From Coraliomargaritaceae bacterium (lineage in GTDB: Bacteria > Verrucomicrobiota > Verrucomicrobiia > Opitutales > Coraliomargaritaceae): DNA of 64,000 nucleotides. The stretch is taken from positions 2,001 through 66,000 of the forward strand of contig JBJLEZ010000010.1 in assembly GCA_045565695.1 (NCBI GenBank). Direction: 5' to 3'. Both the position numbers and the translations under genes were made by a program. Shown here piece after piece: positions 9,515 through 19,580 of the stretch (positions are counted from its first letter, which is position 1; every line of letters begins with the position of its first letter). The notes beneath the pieces are model-generated. The model had not been told where the DNA came from, did no database searches, and saw nothing but the letters and a program-made list of their open reading frames with translations.

Positions 9515-10126
9515 TTATTTACGGCGTTTGATCGCAACGAACAAGAATGCTGCAAAACCTGCAAGTAGAGCATAAGTAGATGGTTCAGGTACAACTGTTA
9601 GAGATTCAGTAGTGGAACCATAAGAGTGTGTGAAGCTATTTAATACAATTCCACCGTCTAGTTGAAAGATAATTTGTTTATCCCACGCTAGAGCGGTTAA
9701 ACTTAATGTTGTGACACCTACATCAAGATCAACCCAATCTTGGTAAAAGTATTGTGTCGCAGAACCATCATTAGATCTTCCGACTCTTATGCGAGCATTT
9801 GAACCATGAGTTCCTGGAATTTCACTTACCTCTGCAATATCGAGTGAGATTGTTTGAGCAAGTTGCGAATCAGCACCCCAATAATTAGCATTTGAAGAGT
9901 TGAAGTGTCCAACTTTATACACAGATCTTCCAAGATTGCCTCCTGTTAGATTTTGAAAAATACTTTGTGTGAGCGGGTTAGTTTCATATTCGCCTGCTGT
10001 AGGGATACTAGTAGAAATTGACTTAGCAAATGCACCATCAGCTGGAGCAGATACTTCGAGTGTGAGTGCGGAAGCGGTTGATACTAGCATAGACGCAGCA
10101 ATAATTAGAGGTAATATAGTTTTCAT
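9515..10126 (-). CDS. PEP-CTERM sorting-domain secreted protein
   Basis: 203-aa ORF with an N-terminal signal peptide. The C-terminus VVPEPSTYALLAGFAAFLFVAIKRRK shows the PEP motif, a TM helix and a basic tail. Confidence 0.8.
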   Translation of the reverse strand: MKTILPLIIAASMLVSTASALTLEVSAPADGAFAKSISTSIPTAGEYETNPLTQSIFQNLTGGNLGRSVYKVGHFNSSNANYWGADSQLAQTISLDIAEVSEIPGTHGSNARIRVGRSNDGSATQYFYQDWVDLDVGVTTLSLTALAWDKQIIFQLDGGIVLNSFTHSYGSTTESLTVVPEPSTYALLAGFAAFLFVAIKRRK

Positions 10127-10245
10127 AGGGTATATAGATTATAGTTTATTATCATTAATATCATTTAATTTCATAATTGTGTCAAGTAAATTTGCACATT
10201 TATGAAATTTCTATAAAGAATTAGCTACCAATGATTTATGGAGTA

Positions 10246-11286
10246 CTATAAAGTATTTCCTTCTAGATATTCTCCTTTTATTGAAATCAATTGGGTCTTA
10301 TCATAAGGATTTTTAATGATTTCATAGAGTCTCTTTGTAGCATTGTAGCCAATTGATCTATGTGGGATCTGAATGGTAGATAGCGTAAGGGCTCTTAATG
10401 GACTGGGTATTCCATCAAAGCCCACAACGGAAACATCTTTAGGAACTTCAATTCCGGCAGATTCTAAATGCGTGATTAAATCATAAGCCACATGATCTGC
10501 AGCACAGAACCAAGCAGTCACTCCATCTTTGGTTTGTTTGATCGCTTCTTTGATTGAGTCTTGGGGCGACAACAATCTATCAGGATATATATTCACGACA
10601 TCGTTTTTACTGAGTGGAATTGATTTACGGATGAGTTGATCGTTAAAGGCGCTGAATCTGCGATAAGACCAACATGCCTGAACGGCATAGCTTCGTGTTA
10701 AGAAACCAATCCGTTTATGACCTTTCTCAATCAGTTTATTAATTATAGTCGATAATCCTTTATTGTGGTCTACATCCACGCAGTCGATGATTTGACCGCC
10801 AAATTGCTCAACTAGCGATACAACGGGAAAATTTTCTTTTAAAGCTTTAATGATCTCGGTTTTGAAAGGGTAAATGAGGAGAACGCCATTCCAGACCTTT
10901 CTATTTTTCTTGATAAGTTCTTGAAATTCAGAGCTTTTCGCAGTGAACCGAGGAGAAATAATGTTAATGTCTACGATAATATCATTAATAAGAGCAAATT
11001 CTGAAATACCAGGCATGAGGTGAAAGCCTGGGCTTCGCTCATGGTCTTCATGTATATTTTCATGGTCAGTACAAATAATCACACCAATTGTTTTCTGGGA
11101 TACATTTTTGCTGCCACGTGGCTTAAGGTAAGTGTAGCCGATTTTTTCAGCTTCTGAGAAGACCAAGGCTCTTGTTTCTGGGTTGACTCCCGAATGATTG
11201 GTGAAACAACGAGAAACTGTGGTGCGAGAGATATTTAAATTATTGGCAATTTGTTGCTGATTATTTTTATTTTCTCTGGTGTTCAT
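10246..11286 (-). CDS. LacI-family transcriptional regulator
   Basis: The track ORF starts at TTG 11292; the ATG at 11286 gives MNTRENKNNQQQIANNLNISRTTVSRCF. An N-terminal HTH is followed by a periplasmic-binding-protein-like sugar-binding core. Confidence 0.8.
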   Translation of the reverse strand: MNTRENKNNQQQIANNLNISRTTVSRCFTNHSGVNPETRALVFSEAEKIGYTYLKPRGSKNVSQKTIGVIICTDHENIHEDHERSPGFHLMPGISEFALINDIIVDINIISPRFTAKSSEFQELIKKNRKVWNGVLLIYPFKTEIIKALKENFPVVSLVEQFGGQIIDCVDVDHNKGLSTIINKLIEKGHKRIGFLTRSYAVQACWSYRRFSAFNDQLIRKSIPLSKNDVVNIYPDRLLSPQDSIKEAIKQTKDGVTAWFCAADHVAYDLITHLESAGIEVPKDVSVVGFDGIPSPLRALTLSTIQIPHRSIGYNATKRLYEIIKNPYDKTQLISIKGEYLEGNTL

Positions 11287-11368
11287 GAGCAATGGGAGTA
11301 AAATTCATTGCTCATAAATATCAACTATTTTCTAATCTAATAATTTCTTTTCCTAGTTTTATTAAAAG

Positions 11369-13576
11369 TTAATTTTGTCCGTATTTAACTCTATAAAAAA
11401 GTTTTTCAGGGTTATCTGTGAATTCATCATATTGAAAACGCAATTTGGGTTTATAGTTTGGTGAGTTTGCTGAATAGATGTAGAATCTATAGGCTTGAGA
11501 ATTAGGATCGGCGTCTGGGCTAAATCTTAGAAATAAATACTGACCACCAGAGTAACTTGGGTTAGTTTTATAGAATTGCTGAATGAATGGAATTAATGCT
11601 GAGGATTCTCTTGTTACTGTAGTATCTGCATTGGGAAATGAAGTCCCTAAAATAGCATCATTTATTAGGTGAATATTTGAATTATTTTGAGTATATGCTG
11701 AATAGCTTGTATAGGGAGTGGTACTATTGTAAATTCCAAGTAAATGTAAATCTGCACTCCATGGTATGCCGGGGTTATGCCTTCTTCGAGCGGTAAATTC
11801 TAGTTCTATATTACTTAAATTAAACCCTGGTTCCTCTAATGGGATTTCAAAGATCAATACTGCATCTCCCCCAATCACTTTTTCCCAATGGTCTAGAGCG
11901 CCAACTACTAATTCATTATTATTAATACGATAAGTTGTGCCACCATTTGTATCTTTGATGCCGTAGTCATTTTGATTTCCCGTAACCGAAATTTGAAATC
12001 CATTCCCGGAAGTAGAGGATGGGTTTATTATATAATTTGAGAAATTACCATTTCCCTGTATCGAATTTTTTTCTGTCCAAGAGTCTAGATCTTTAGATGT
12101 TTCCAGCGAGAAATTATAGTTTTTCCCTAATTTCATATTTGCCTGAAGTAAGTTAGGTTGAATGTTGATTCCATTCGTTTTTAAAAATTCTGTTGCCCGC
12201 ATTTCATTGCGAAAAAGTGTTTTAAGGTAGTTTAACTCATTTGAGCGATTAGAAGCATTGATTAAGTTATTGATTTCATAAGGATCGTTTCCGGTACTTG
12301 TATCAAAGAATTCTATCCAAGAAGCGTCTTCTTCGTAGGTCACTAATTTTAAACCATTTTCGTGGCGAAGTGCTATATAGGGTCTAACTTTTGCCGTGGG
12401 GAATTCTGGGTCATGGTTATATTGATAAAAGAAAAATTTCCTCCAATTGCTTGGTCTTTGATTTTTAATTAAAGGTAGTAAACTGCGTCCTTGCATACTT
12501 TGAGGTATATTTAGTCCAGCGATATCGAGTATAGTCGGGGCAAGGTCCAGATTTAAGGCGATATCATTTACAATGAGTGGTGTTGATTGTTCTTGGGGAT
12601 AGCGAATCATTAAGGGAATACGTATACTTTCTTCGTAGGGTGCTCGTTTATCGCCAAGTTTATGTTCACCTCTAAAAAAGCCATTATCACTGATATAGAT
12701 TATAGCGGTATTTTCATCAATATTCAGTTGCTCCAACTTATCTAGTATTGAACCTACACAACTGTCGATGCCAGCAATTGTTCGCATATATTCTCTTAAG
12801 GTACTTGCATAGTTTCCTGAGTTTACCTCTATGTTTTGTCCAGGGGGTGGGCTGTTCAAGTTTGGTACTCCGATTGCGGACTGTCCTGCATAAATAGTTT
12901 CAGTACGGTTCGGTGGATCGAATGGTTGGTGCGGTGTTTTAAATCCGAGAACTAAAAGAAATGGATTTTGCGCACTATTTTGCTGTTCGATGAAATTTAT
13001 TGCATAGTCAGTGGATGCATCATCTACCCATTCACTACCGGTAGTTGTTCTGATAAGGTTGTTATTACCGTCATAAAAAGGTGTATCATAGTAACTTCCT
13101 TGCCCATAAAAAGTAGCTACCGTATCAAATCCAGGGCGTTCCGTTTGTCGACCATGGTGCCACTTCCCAAAGTAACCAGTTGTGTATCCATTTGCTTTAA
13201 GTAGGCTGGCATAAGTTGTCGAATCAGTTGGGAAAGCGGTTGAATTATCAGTAACTCCGTGGATATGTGGATAGACTCCAGTGAGCATGGTTGCTCTTGA
13301 AGGCGAGCAGGTTGAAAATACAGTGAAAGCATTGTCAAAATGTATTCCTTCATTCGATAAACGATTTAGGTTAGGTGTTGTGCCTTCAAGCCAAGGGAAG
13401 CGGGCGGTTCGTCCAAGTTCACTCATTCGTGACTGCATAAAGTCGTAGGCATCCCACCTTTGGTCATCCGCGATTATGACAACAAAATTAGGCGTAAGAT
13501 TTCCGAATAAACTAGTGTGTATATATGGGGTAATTATAGCCAGTAAAGCTATGAAGAATGACGCATGACTTTTCAC
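11369..13576 (-). CDS. Cys-type sulfatase with a roughly 250-aa C-terminal extra domain
   Basis: 735-aa ORF with a GTG start and signal peptide, IADDQRWD, the FGly motif CSPSRATMLTG, and FGKWHHG...PGFD. The C-terminal third has no sulfatase motifs. Confidence 0.85.
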   Translation of the reverse strand: MKSHASFFIALLAIITPYIHTSLFGNLTPNFVVIIADDQRWDAYDFMQSRMSELGRTARFPWLEGTTPNLNRLSNEGIHFDNAFTVFSTCSPSRATMLTGVYPHIHGVTDNSTAFPTDSTTYASLLKANGYTTGYFGKWHHGRQTERPGFDTVATFYGQGSYYDTPFYDGNNNLIRTTTGSEWVDDASTDYAINFIEQQNSAQNPFLLVLGFKTPHQPFDPPNRTETIYAGQSAIGVPNLNSPPPGQNIEVNSGNYASTLREYMRTIAGIDSCVGSILDKLEQLNIDENTAIIYISDNGFFRGEHKLGDKRAPYEESIRIPLMIRYPQEQSTPLIVNDIALNLDLAPTILDIAGLNIPQSMQGRSLLPLIKNQRPSNWRKFFFYQYNHDPEFPTAKVRPYIALRHENGLKLVTYEEDASWIEFFDTSTGNDPYEINNLINASNRSNELNYLKTLFRNEMRATEFLKTNGINIQPNLLQANMKLGKNYNFSLETSKDLDSWTEKNSIQGNGNFSNYIINPSSTSGNGFQISVTGNQNDYGIKDTNGGTTYRINNNELVVGALDHWEKVIGGDAVLIFEIPLEEPGFNLSNIELEFTARRRHNPGIPWSADLHLLGIYNSTTPYTSYSAYTQNNSNIHLINDAILGTSFPNADTTVTRESSALIPFIQQFYKTNPSYSGGQYLFLRFSPDADPNSQAYRFYIYSANSPNYKPKLRFQYDEFTDNPEKLFYRVKYGQN

Positions 13577-13617
13577 ACTCTTACATTAGCAAAATTTGGA
13601 ATAAAGTTAAATGATTT

Positions 13618-15053
13618 TTATCGATTATATATTTCCTTTATAGACTGACCTTTCCCTCTAATGCGAGTTGGAGGAGTATAATCAATTTTTTTCAATAGTT
13701 TATAAAACGACTTATCTAGTTTGGATAAAACTTTAGCGTAAGACCTATCATCGATTAAATTATAAAGTTCCTTCGGGTCATTAGTTAAGTCGTATAATTC
13801 AGAAGTGAAGCCGGCTTCAGGGTAGGTTACGTATTTCCAATCTTTAGTTCTATAGGCTAGGATAGTCGGTGTGCCTCCAAAACCACCAGTGGGTCTATAT
13901 TCATTTTCTTTGTAGTACTCATATAGAAATCCACTTCTTCCCTTAGTTTTGCCTTCAAGTATAGGCTGCCAGCTTTCGCCATGCATGTGAGATGGAACAT
14001 CAATACCAGCTAGGTCACAAATATAAGGAGCTAAATCGATGTTGAGAATTAGTGAATCAACTTTACGTGGCTGTTCTTGAAAAGGGTTCCACATAAGTAG
14101 TGGAATACGAATGGATTCTTCATAAGCTTTCCTTTTATCATGTAGGCCTCCATGCTCACTGACAAAATAACCATTATCACCGGCAAAGATCACGATAGTA
14201 TTTTCAAGAAGACCTTCATTTTTAAGTTTTTCAAAAATCATACCGACACCTTCGTCAACTGCCGTAACGGTTCGCATTTTGTCTGGAATTTTATAGTGGA
14301 TCGGAGCAATACCTCCACCTCTTGCACGATTTTTTGCAGCCATAAGTTTGTATATATTTTGGCTTTGTGGACATATCATCATTTAGGTCATCTTGGGTTG
14401 GCACTTCCATATCCTTGTATAAGTTTTTATGACGAGCTGGCGGAGTGAAACGGTTCATGTAATGCCTTATGGCTAAGGTATAACATAAAAGGTTTATCGT
14501 CTTGTGCAGCAGTCTCTATATACTCTACGGCTAGTTCATTTAGCTGATCAGTTAGATATTTACCTTCAGGAATACAAAAGTTTTCTCCTGTTTCTGTTAG
14601 GAGTGCGTCATTGTAGTATTTGCCTTGGCCCCAAAATACCATCCACTTATTAAATCCAGGTCTTGGTCTATTGTGCATTGCTTGGTGCCATTTACCGAAA
14701 TATGCAGTTTGATATCCAACATCTTGTAGAAGAGTAGCAAATGTAGGTAGCTTTTTATCGTAATCTAAGTATTCATTCACGACTACACCGTGTTTGTTAG
14801 CATAAGTTCCAGTCAAGAAGGATGCCCTTGAAGGTCCGCAAAGCGATGTAGTAACAAATGCATTTTCAAAGTTAATACCTTCTTTCAGAAGCTTGTCTAA
14901 ATTTGGTGTGACAAGCCATGGGAAATTTCCTACGGCACCAATTTCGTCGTAACGTTGATCATCCGTTAAAATAAAGATTATATTTGGTTTGTCGCTCGCC
15001 AGCATAATAATTTTGGCTGTGAATATTAATAGTAGTATTTTTATTGATTTCAT
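13618..15053 (-). pseudogene. Sulfatase gene interrupted by two single-base frameshifts (or sequencing errors)
   Basis: The N-terminal ORF 14427..15053 carries a signal peptide and CGPSRASFLTG. The C-terminal ORF 13618..14382 carries AGDNGY and the sulfatase C-domain, in a different frame. The third frame between them reads FTPPARHKNLYKDMEVP, which is sulfatase-like. The shifts lie at run 14448-14450 and at the T6 run 14330-14335. Confidence 0.75.
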
Positions 15054-15070
15054 TTATTTTAAAATATAAA

Positions 15071-18000
15071 TTAAAACATTATTTTTGTGGTAATATTATA
15101 TGACCGAGATTCCCTATAGAAGCCATAATTACTTCTATTGATAAATTGCTTTTTATTAAACAGATTATTTACGCGAAAGTTAATTGAGTAGTTGTATCTT
15201 TTGCCTCCATTCCTAAAGGAATTATTATAATTTATGAAGGCTAAAGTATTATGCTCAGGCTTAGATTTTATAAAATACTTTTGAGTTTTATTTCTGTCAA
15301 TTATGTCACTATCGCGGGGTTCGCCTGTATCTAGTATTCCGTTGTTGTTTGTATCCACTCCATCGAAAGTATTGGGGTTTCCGACTTGGGCTTTTATTTG
15401 ATTAGAATTTAACATATTATTGTTCTTATCAAAATAAAAGTAGTATCTCCCCATATTACTTCCTGATCTGTAATGCTGAGACATACCAAAAGATAATCCT
15501 TTTAACTTACCACTTCTGAAAGAATACTTCCCAGTAATTGATCCTCTGTAATCAGGTCTTCCAAAAATATCAATCTGTTCATTAAGTTTGTATCCATTTT
15601 GATCCATCCAATCTTGAACTTTTGGATGAATCTTTAGCACCTTGTTTTTCATGTTGTGATTAACCGACGCAATAAAGTTAATATTTCGTGTAGGATTGTA
15701 ATTAATATCAAGTTCAATTCCTCTTGATAATGTAACATCTCCATCTGCTCTTCGTCCTGGTATTGTTGTTTTATTTAATCTAGGTTTAGAACCGCTCGTG
15801 TTGTAAATATATATTAATTCAGGATTTGATCCGATCGTATCTGTATTTTCATTATAAATTAATTCTTCATATGGATAAATCTGCAGCAGTTGAAGGTTTG
15901 AATATTTGAACTCGTTGTCATTTTCTTTTTTTATCGAGTAAAAAGCTAACTGGGCGTCTAAGGAATTATCAGGAGTGCTGAAACGTATGCCAAATTCTAG
16001 TCCCTCACCAATTTCTGGATCTGGTAATGTTCCTACAGGCGTTCTCTCTTGACCAGTAGGTGACTGTATTGATTGGGCAAAATTAGCGAAAACACCTATA
16101 TTCTTATTGACCCAATATAATGCACCAAGGGAAGGACTAACTTTAGTATATTTCTCGCTTTGCTTTTGATTTATCTGATCTAATGTGAGAGGTATCTTTT
16201 TATCATTACTATCAAGAACAAATAATTCACTGCTTCCATCTCCAAAAAGAGATGTTTTTCGTAGAGTAGTTTCTACATTAATTTTGTCGAAACGGAAACC
16301 AACTAGAGTTCTTAAACGTCCATCGTAAAGGCTACTTTGAGTTGCAAGCCATTGGCTATTAGTGTTCACGTCTGCTGTAAGCCTTGTGCTTTCTTGCCAC
16401 TTGGCAGTTAGGGCTCTTTGTCCTCCCTCATTCTCAAATAATTCTCTGTTTTGGCTGTAGTTTCCTTGGTCATTATTTTTCGATACGTCAGGGTCTTCCC
16501 TGTATAGGCCTGTCGTTATTCCAGTAAGCCCTCCATCCTCGTTTTCAAAGATAAAGTCTGATTCAATTAAGTCATTTAACCTCAAGATAGACCTATCGCT
16601 GCTAAAGCCATTATTTAGACGGATGTATTCAAATGCTCTTTCTCTATCAGTAATTTGGCTCTCCCTCAGCCAGAGTGATCTTTCGCTGAGGTTAGAGATA
16701 TTCGGATTTAAATATGATCCGTCTGGGTTAAGAGGATTTAAAGGATCGGTTACTACTGAATTATCACCTCCAAAATTAGGAATTTGATCGTATCTAAGCT
16801 CTGATTTATTGACATCTATTATATCCCATCCAAGAAGAAACTTATTCTCTATCTCACCTAGTAATGGAAGGTTATTAATCTTTTCGTATAATAGGGTATT
16901 CTTTAACCCTTTTCTCTTAGTATCTCCCTCAGTCTTAGTCCAATAGGTTCTAATATAGGGCTCTGGTTGAAGGGCATCAAGAGCTCTTTCATAATCAGTT
17001 TGTGGCGTACCGGTAGTATAGTAGTTACTTTCTTTTAAACCATCTGGTATTGTCCAAAACTCCCCAGGGTTTTGAGGATCCTGAATTTGTGTTGTATTAT
17101 AATAGTCCTCAAGCTCAGTATCACTATATAAGGAACTAGGTATATCGTCAAAAAATACATGTTGTGTTGGCTTCGGCCAAATAAAGCTTGGATTGTTGTA
17201 ATAATCTTTTACCCTAGTAATACCGTAACTATCCCGAGCAACATTCTTTCCATCTTGCTCTTGATAATTAGCTGAGATGTTTAGCTCGAGTCCACTACCT
17301 AAAACTTTTTGAAAGTCCAAAGTATTAAATACGCCTGAAACTCTTTTATTCTTATCTGGGCCAGACTGATATGCGTAGTTTAAATCATTTATTATTGAGT
17401 AGTGCTTAGTAAGATATTCTCTCACCTCGGTAGCTGCTTGTTCTATTGCGTTTTCGTTGAAGTTATTGTAGTTCAACGAGGAGAGATCATTTAATTGATT
17501 ATATTCTTCACTTGCTAAAAAGTCACCACCGGATGCCTCTTCAGGCGCTGGAACGCCTACAGCGAATGCAGAAGGATATTTCCCATTATTCACATCATTA
17601 AAAAAAGAACTATTGGACAAAGCCGTAGGATTTTCATTATTTCTAGTGTGCCATAATAAATTAAAGAGCATTCTATCATCTACAAAATTAAGCCACTCAC
17701 TATTAAACGGTACATTGAAGTCCTTTTCCATTGACCGATTTTCTGAACTACTAATATAACCGTCATAAGTGCTACGATCCTCGGTACTACCGTAATCGAT
17801 AGAATCATCTATACGAGTGTCGTCCTTTAGCGAAAGGGAAGGAAAGCTGAAAGAGGAATCTACTTTTTCAATATGAAGCTGTAACGAACTTGTGTAGTCA
17901 GGGCGATAATTAAGAGCTAAGGTTCTAGATTTTAGATCGTAATTCTTATAGAGGTGGTCATACCCTTGATAATGATCAACAAGCATTAGTCTTGCCGCAA

Positions 18001-18571
18001 GTTTATCATTAAAAACTCTATTATAGTTAAATGCTTTCTTTAAAAAATCTTTATTACCAAATGAATATAGAACGGAGCCAGCATCTTTCCTGAAATTTGC
18101 TAATAGCGGGATCGCATTAACAGTTCCTCCGGGAGACGCTTGGCCAAATATCATGCTATTAGCGCCTTTAATAATATCATAGCGCCCGATATTGTATCCA
18201 TCACGAGCTAGTGTCCTCCTATATCCATTAAATCTAGTAAAAGTATTTCTGAAGCCTCTTATTCGTATTTGATCAAGACTGTAAGATGTGGGGTCTGTAT
18301 CGATTGATGACGCTACCATTGCAAGGTCTTCTGTAGTGTTAATACCTAAGTCATCTAATAATTCTTCGTTAAGGACTGTGACATTAACAGGAGTATTTTT
18401 AATAAGTTCATTAGCTTTGGTTGCTGAAGTAGAAGAACCTGAAAAATAGCCTTTGTCATTTTCATCAGTCACGACAAAGTCTGATAATTCATAAACTTCT
18501 TCGCTCACATCATCAGCATATGCATGAAGGTTAAGAGTAAGTAATATTATAAAATAGGGTAGCTTTTTCAA
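15071..18571 (-). CDS. TonB-dependent outer-membrane receptor (unusually large, 1166 aa)
   Basis: TTG start and signal peptide. Plug motifs are NTPVNVTVLNEELLDDLG and IIKGANSMIFGQASPGGTVNAIP. A long beta-barrel region ends in ...ITTKIMF, with a terminal aromatic residue. Confidence 0.85.
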   Translation of the reverse strand: MKKLPYFIILLTLNLHAYADDVSEEVYELSDFVVTDENDKGYFSGSSTSATKANELIKNTPVNVTVLNEELLDDLGINTTEDLAMVASSIDTDPTSYSLDQIRIRGFRNTFTRFNGYRRTLARDGYNIGRYDIIKGANSMIFGQASPGGTVNAIPLLANFRKDAGSVLYSFGNKDFLKKAFNYNRVFNDKLAARLMLVDHYQGYDHLYKNYDLKSRTLALNYRPDYTSSLQLHIEKVDSSFSFPSLSLKDDTRIDDSIDYGSTEDRSTYDGYISSSENRSMEKDFNVPFNSEWLNFVDDRMLFNLLWHTRNNENPTALSNSSFFNDVNNGKYPSAFAVGVPAPEEASGGDFLASEEYNQLNDLSSLNYNNFNENAIEQAATEVREYLTKHYSIINDLNYAYQSGPDKNKRVSGVFNTLDFQKVLGSGLELNISANYQEQDGKNVARDSYGITRVKDYYNNPSFIWPKPTQHVFFDDIPSSLYSDTELEDYYNTTQIQDPQNPGEFWTIPDGLKESNYYTTGTPQTDYERALDALQPEPYIRTYWTKTEGDTKRKGLKNTLLYEKINNLPLLGEIENKFLLGWDIIDVNKSELRYDQIPNFGGDNSVVTDPLNPLNPDGSYLNPNISNLSERSLWLRESQITDRERAFEYIRLNNGFSSDRSILRLNDLIESDFIFENEDGGLTGITTGLYREDPDVSKNNDQGNYSQNRELFENEGGQRALTAKWQESTRLTADVNTNSQWLATQSSLYDGRLRTLVGFRFDKINVETTLRKTSLFGDGSSELFVLDSNDKKIPLTLDQINQKQSEKYTKVSPSLGALYWVNKNIGVFANFAQSIQSPTGQERTPVGTLPDPEIGEGLEFGIRFSTPDNSLDAQLAFYSIKKENDNEFKYSNLQLLQIYPYEELIYNENTDTIGSNPELIYIYNTSGSKPRLNKTTIPGRRADGDVTLSRGIELDINYNPTRNINFIASVNHNMKNKVLKIHPKVQDWMDQNGYKLNEQIDIFGRPDYRGSITGKYSFRSGKLKGLSFGMSQHYRSGSNMGRYYFYFDKNNNMLNSNQIKAQVGNPNTFDGVDTNNNGILDTGEPRDSDIIDRNKTQKYFIKSKPEHNTLAFINYNNSFRNGGKRYNYSINFRVNNLFNKKQFINRSNYGFYRESRSYNITTKIMF

Positions 18572-18643
18572 AGTAATAAGTAATTGAAATTTATTAAAGG
18601 ATTACTGTTGCACTTTTATGCACGATCAATCAAGTCATTAATC

Positions 18644-19510
18644 ATGACGATTTATAAAATAATTTTATTTGTAATAACTACCTTTACATTATCAAGTGGG
18701 AGTCTCTCCGCAAATTTATATGAGGGATTTGATTTTAATGAAAAAAAAGGACTTTCCTTAGGTAATGATGGTTCTTATGGAGGAGAAACAAGTTCGGGTT
18801 GGATGAGCGCATGGCAGGTCGGCTCTGGTGATGCGGTTATTTCGAAAAAAGATATTCAATTTCCTGGCCTTCAGTCTACGGGAGGCTCAGCTTTAATAAA
18901 AGGCGAGAGGAAAAACGATAAATTCTTTGCAAAGGGTTTTGCCATTAGGCAAACTGATGAAGCCTATGAAGGAGATATTTATGGTAGTTTTAGGCTAGTT
19001 CCTGGTTTTATGACCGAGGACACCGTGGTTGCTATGATTTTTGCTTTACCTAATACTTCTGATATGTCTCTTAGAAATGGCCTTTTTGCTATAAGCCCGA
19101 AGAGATGGGGTGGAAAATTAGGGATGATTGGCGCAAAGGGTAAAACCTATAAAGCAGTAGAAGGAGTCCCCTGCGTCAAAGGCGAAAAATATTTAGTACT
19201 ATGGAAGATGTCACAATTACCTGCCATCGGGAATATCTCAAATGTGTCTTTATACTATTGGGTTCTCAATACAGAACAAGTTGAATATTTCGCATCGAAG
19301 GGTTTTGAGAGTAAATATTTAAACTTAGCAGAACCTGGAGCGCTCAAAAATAATGTGTGTCAATTTGGCAGAAAAGACCTTAAGGAAACAAAAAGAAGTT
19401 TATACAAAGGAATTGTTTTAACCCCGTTCGTTTATAATACCACAAATGTTTTCTTTGATGAAATAAGAATTTCATCAAAAGGAATGAAAGATGCAGTTGG
19501 TCTTAATTAA
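18644..19510 (+). CDS. Secreted hypothetical protein (possible ConA/LamG-like fold)
   Basis: The track ORF starts at TTG 18584; the ATG at 18644 gives the signal peptide MTIYKIILFVITTFTLSSGSLSA. It is beta-rich and ends ...VFFDEIRISS, which is reminiscent of LamG-type domains. No firm family assignment. Confidence 0.5.
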   Translation: MTIYKIILFVITTFTLSSGSLSANLYEGFDFNEKKGLSLGNDGSYGGETSSGWMSAWQVGSGDAVISKKDIQFPGLQSTGGSALIKGERKNDKFFAKGFAIRQTDEAYEGDIYGSFRLVPGFMTEDTVVAMIFALPNTSDMSLRNGLFAISPKRWGGKLGMIGAKGKTYKAVEGVPCVKGEKYLVLWKMSQLPAIGNISNVSLYYWVLNTEQVEYFASKGFESKYLNLAEPGALKNNVCQFGRKDLKETKRSLYKGIVLTPFVYNTTNVFFDEIRISSKGMKDAVGLN

Positions 19511-19528
19511 ACAGTTTAGTTAATTTTA

Positions 19529-19561
19529 TAAAAAAGGCGATGTGAGTACATCGCCTTTTTA
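19529..19561. terminator. Bidirectional rho-independent terminator between convergent genes
   Basis: Perfect 10-bp stem aaggcgatgt (19534-19543) pairs with acatcgcctt (19548-19557) around loop gagt. An A-run lies upstream and a T-run downstream. Confidence 0.75.
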
Positions 19562-19580
19562 GTTTTACCGTAGAGTAAAA

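Noticed and set aside
18597-18612. A possible sigma-54 element (GG ... TTGCA) upstream of the 18644 gene.
   Set aside because: The GG-to-GC spacing is off by one and the -24 region lacks the TGGCAC core. The TTGCA is better explained as part of the TGCAC direct-repeat motif.
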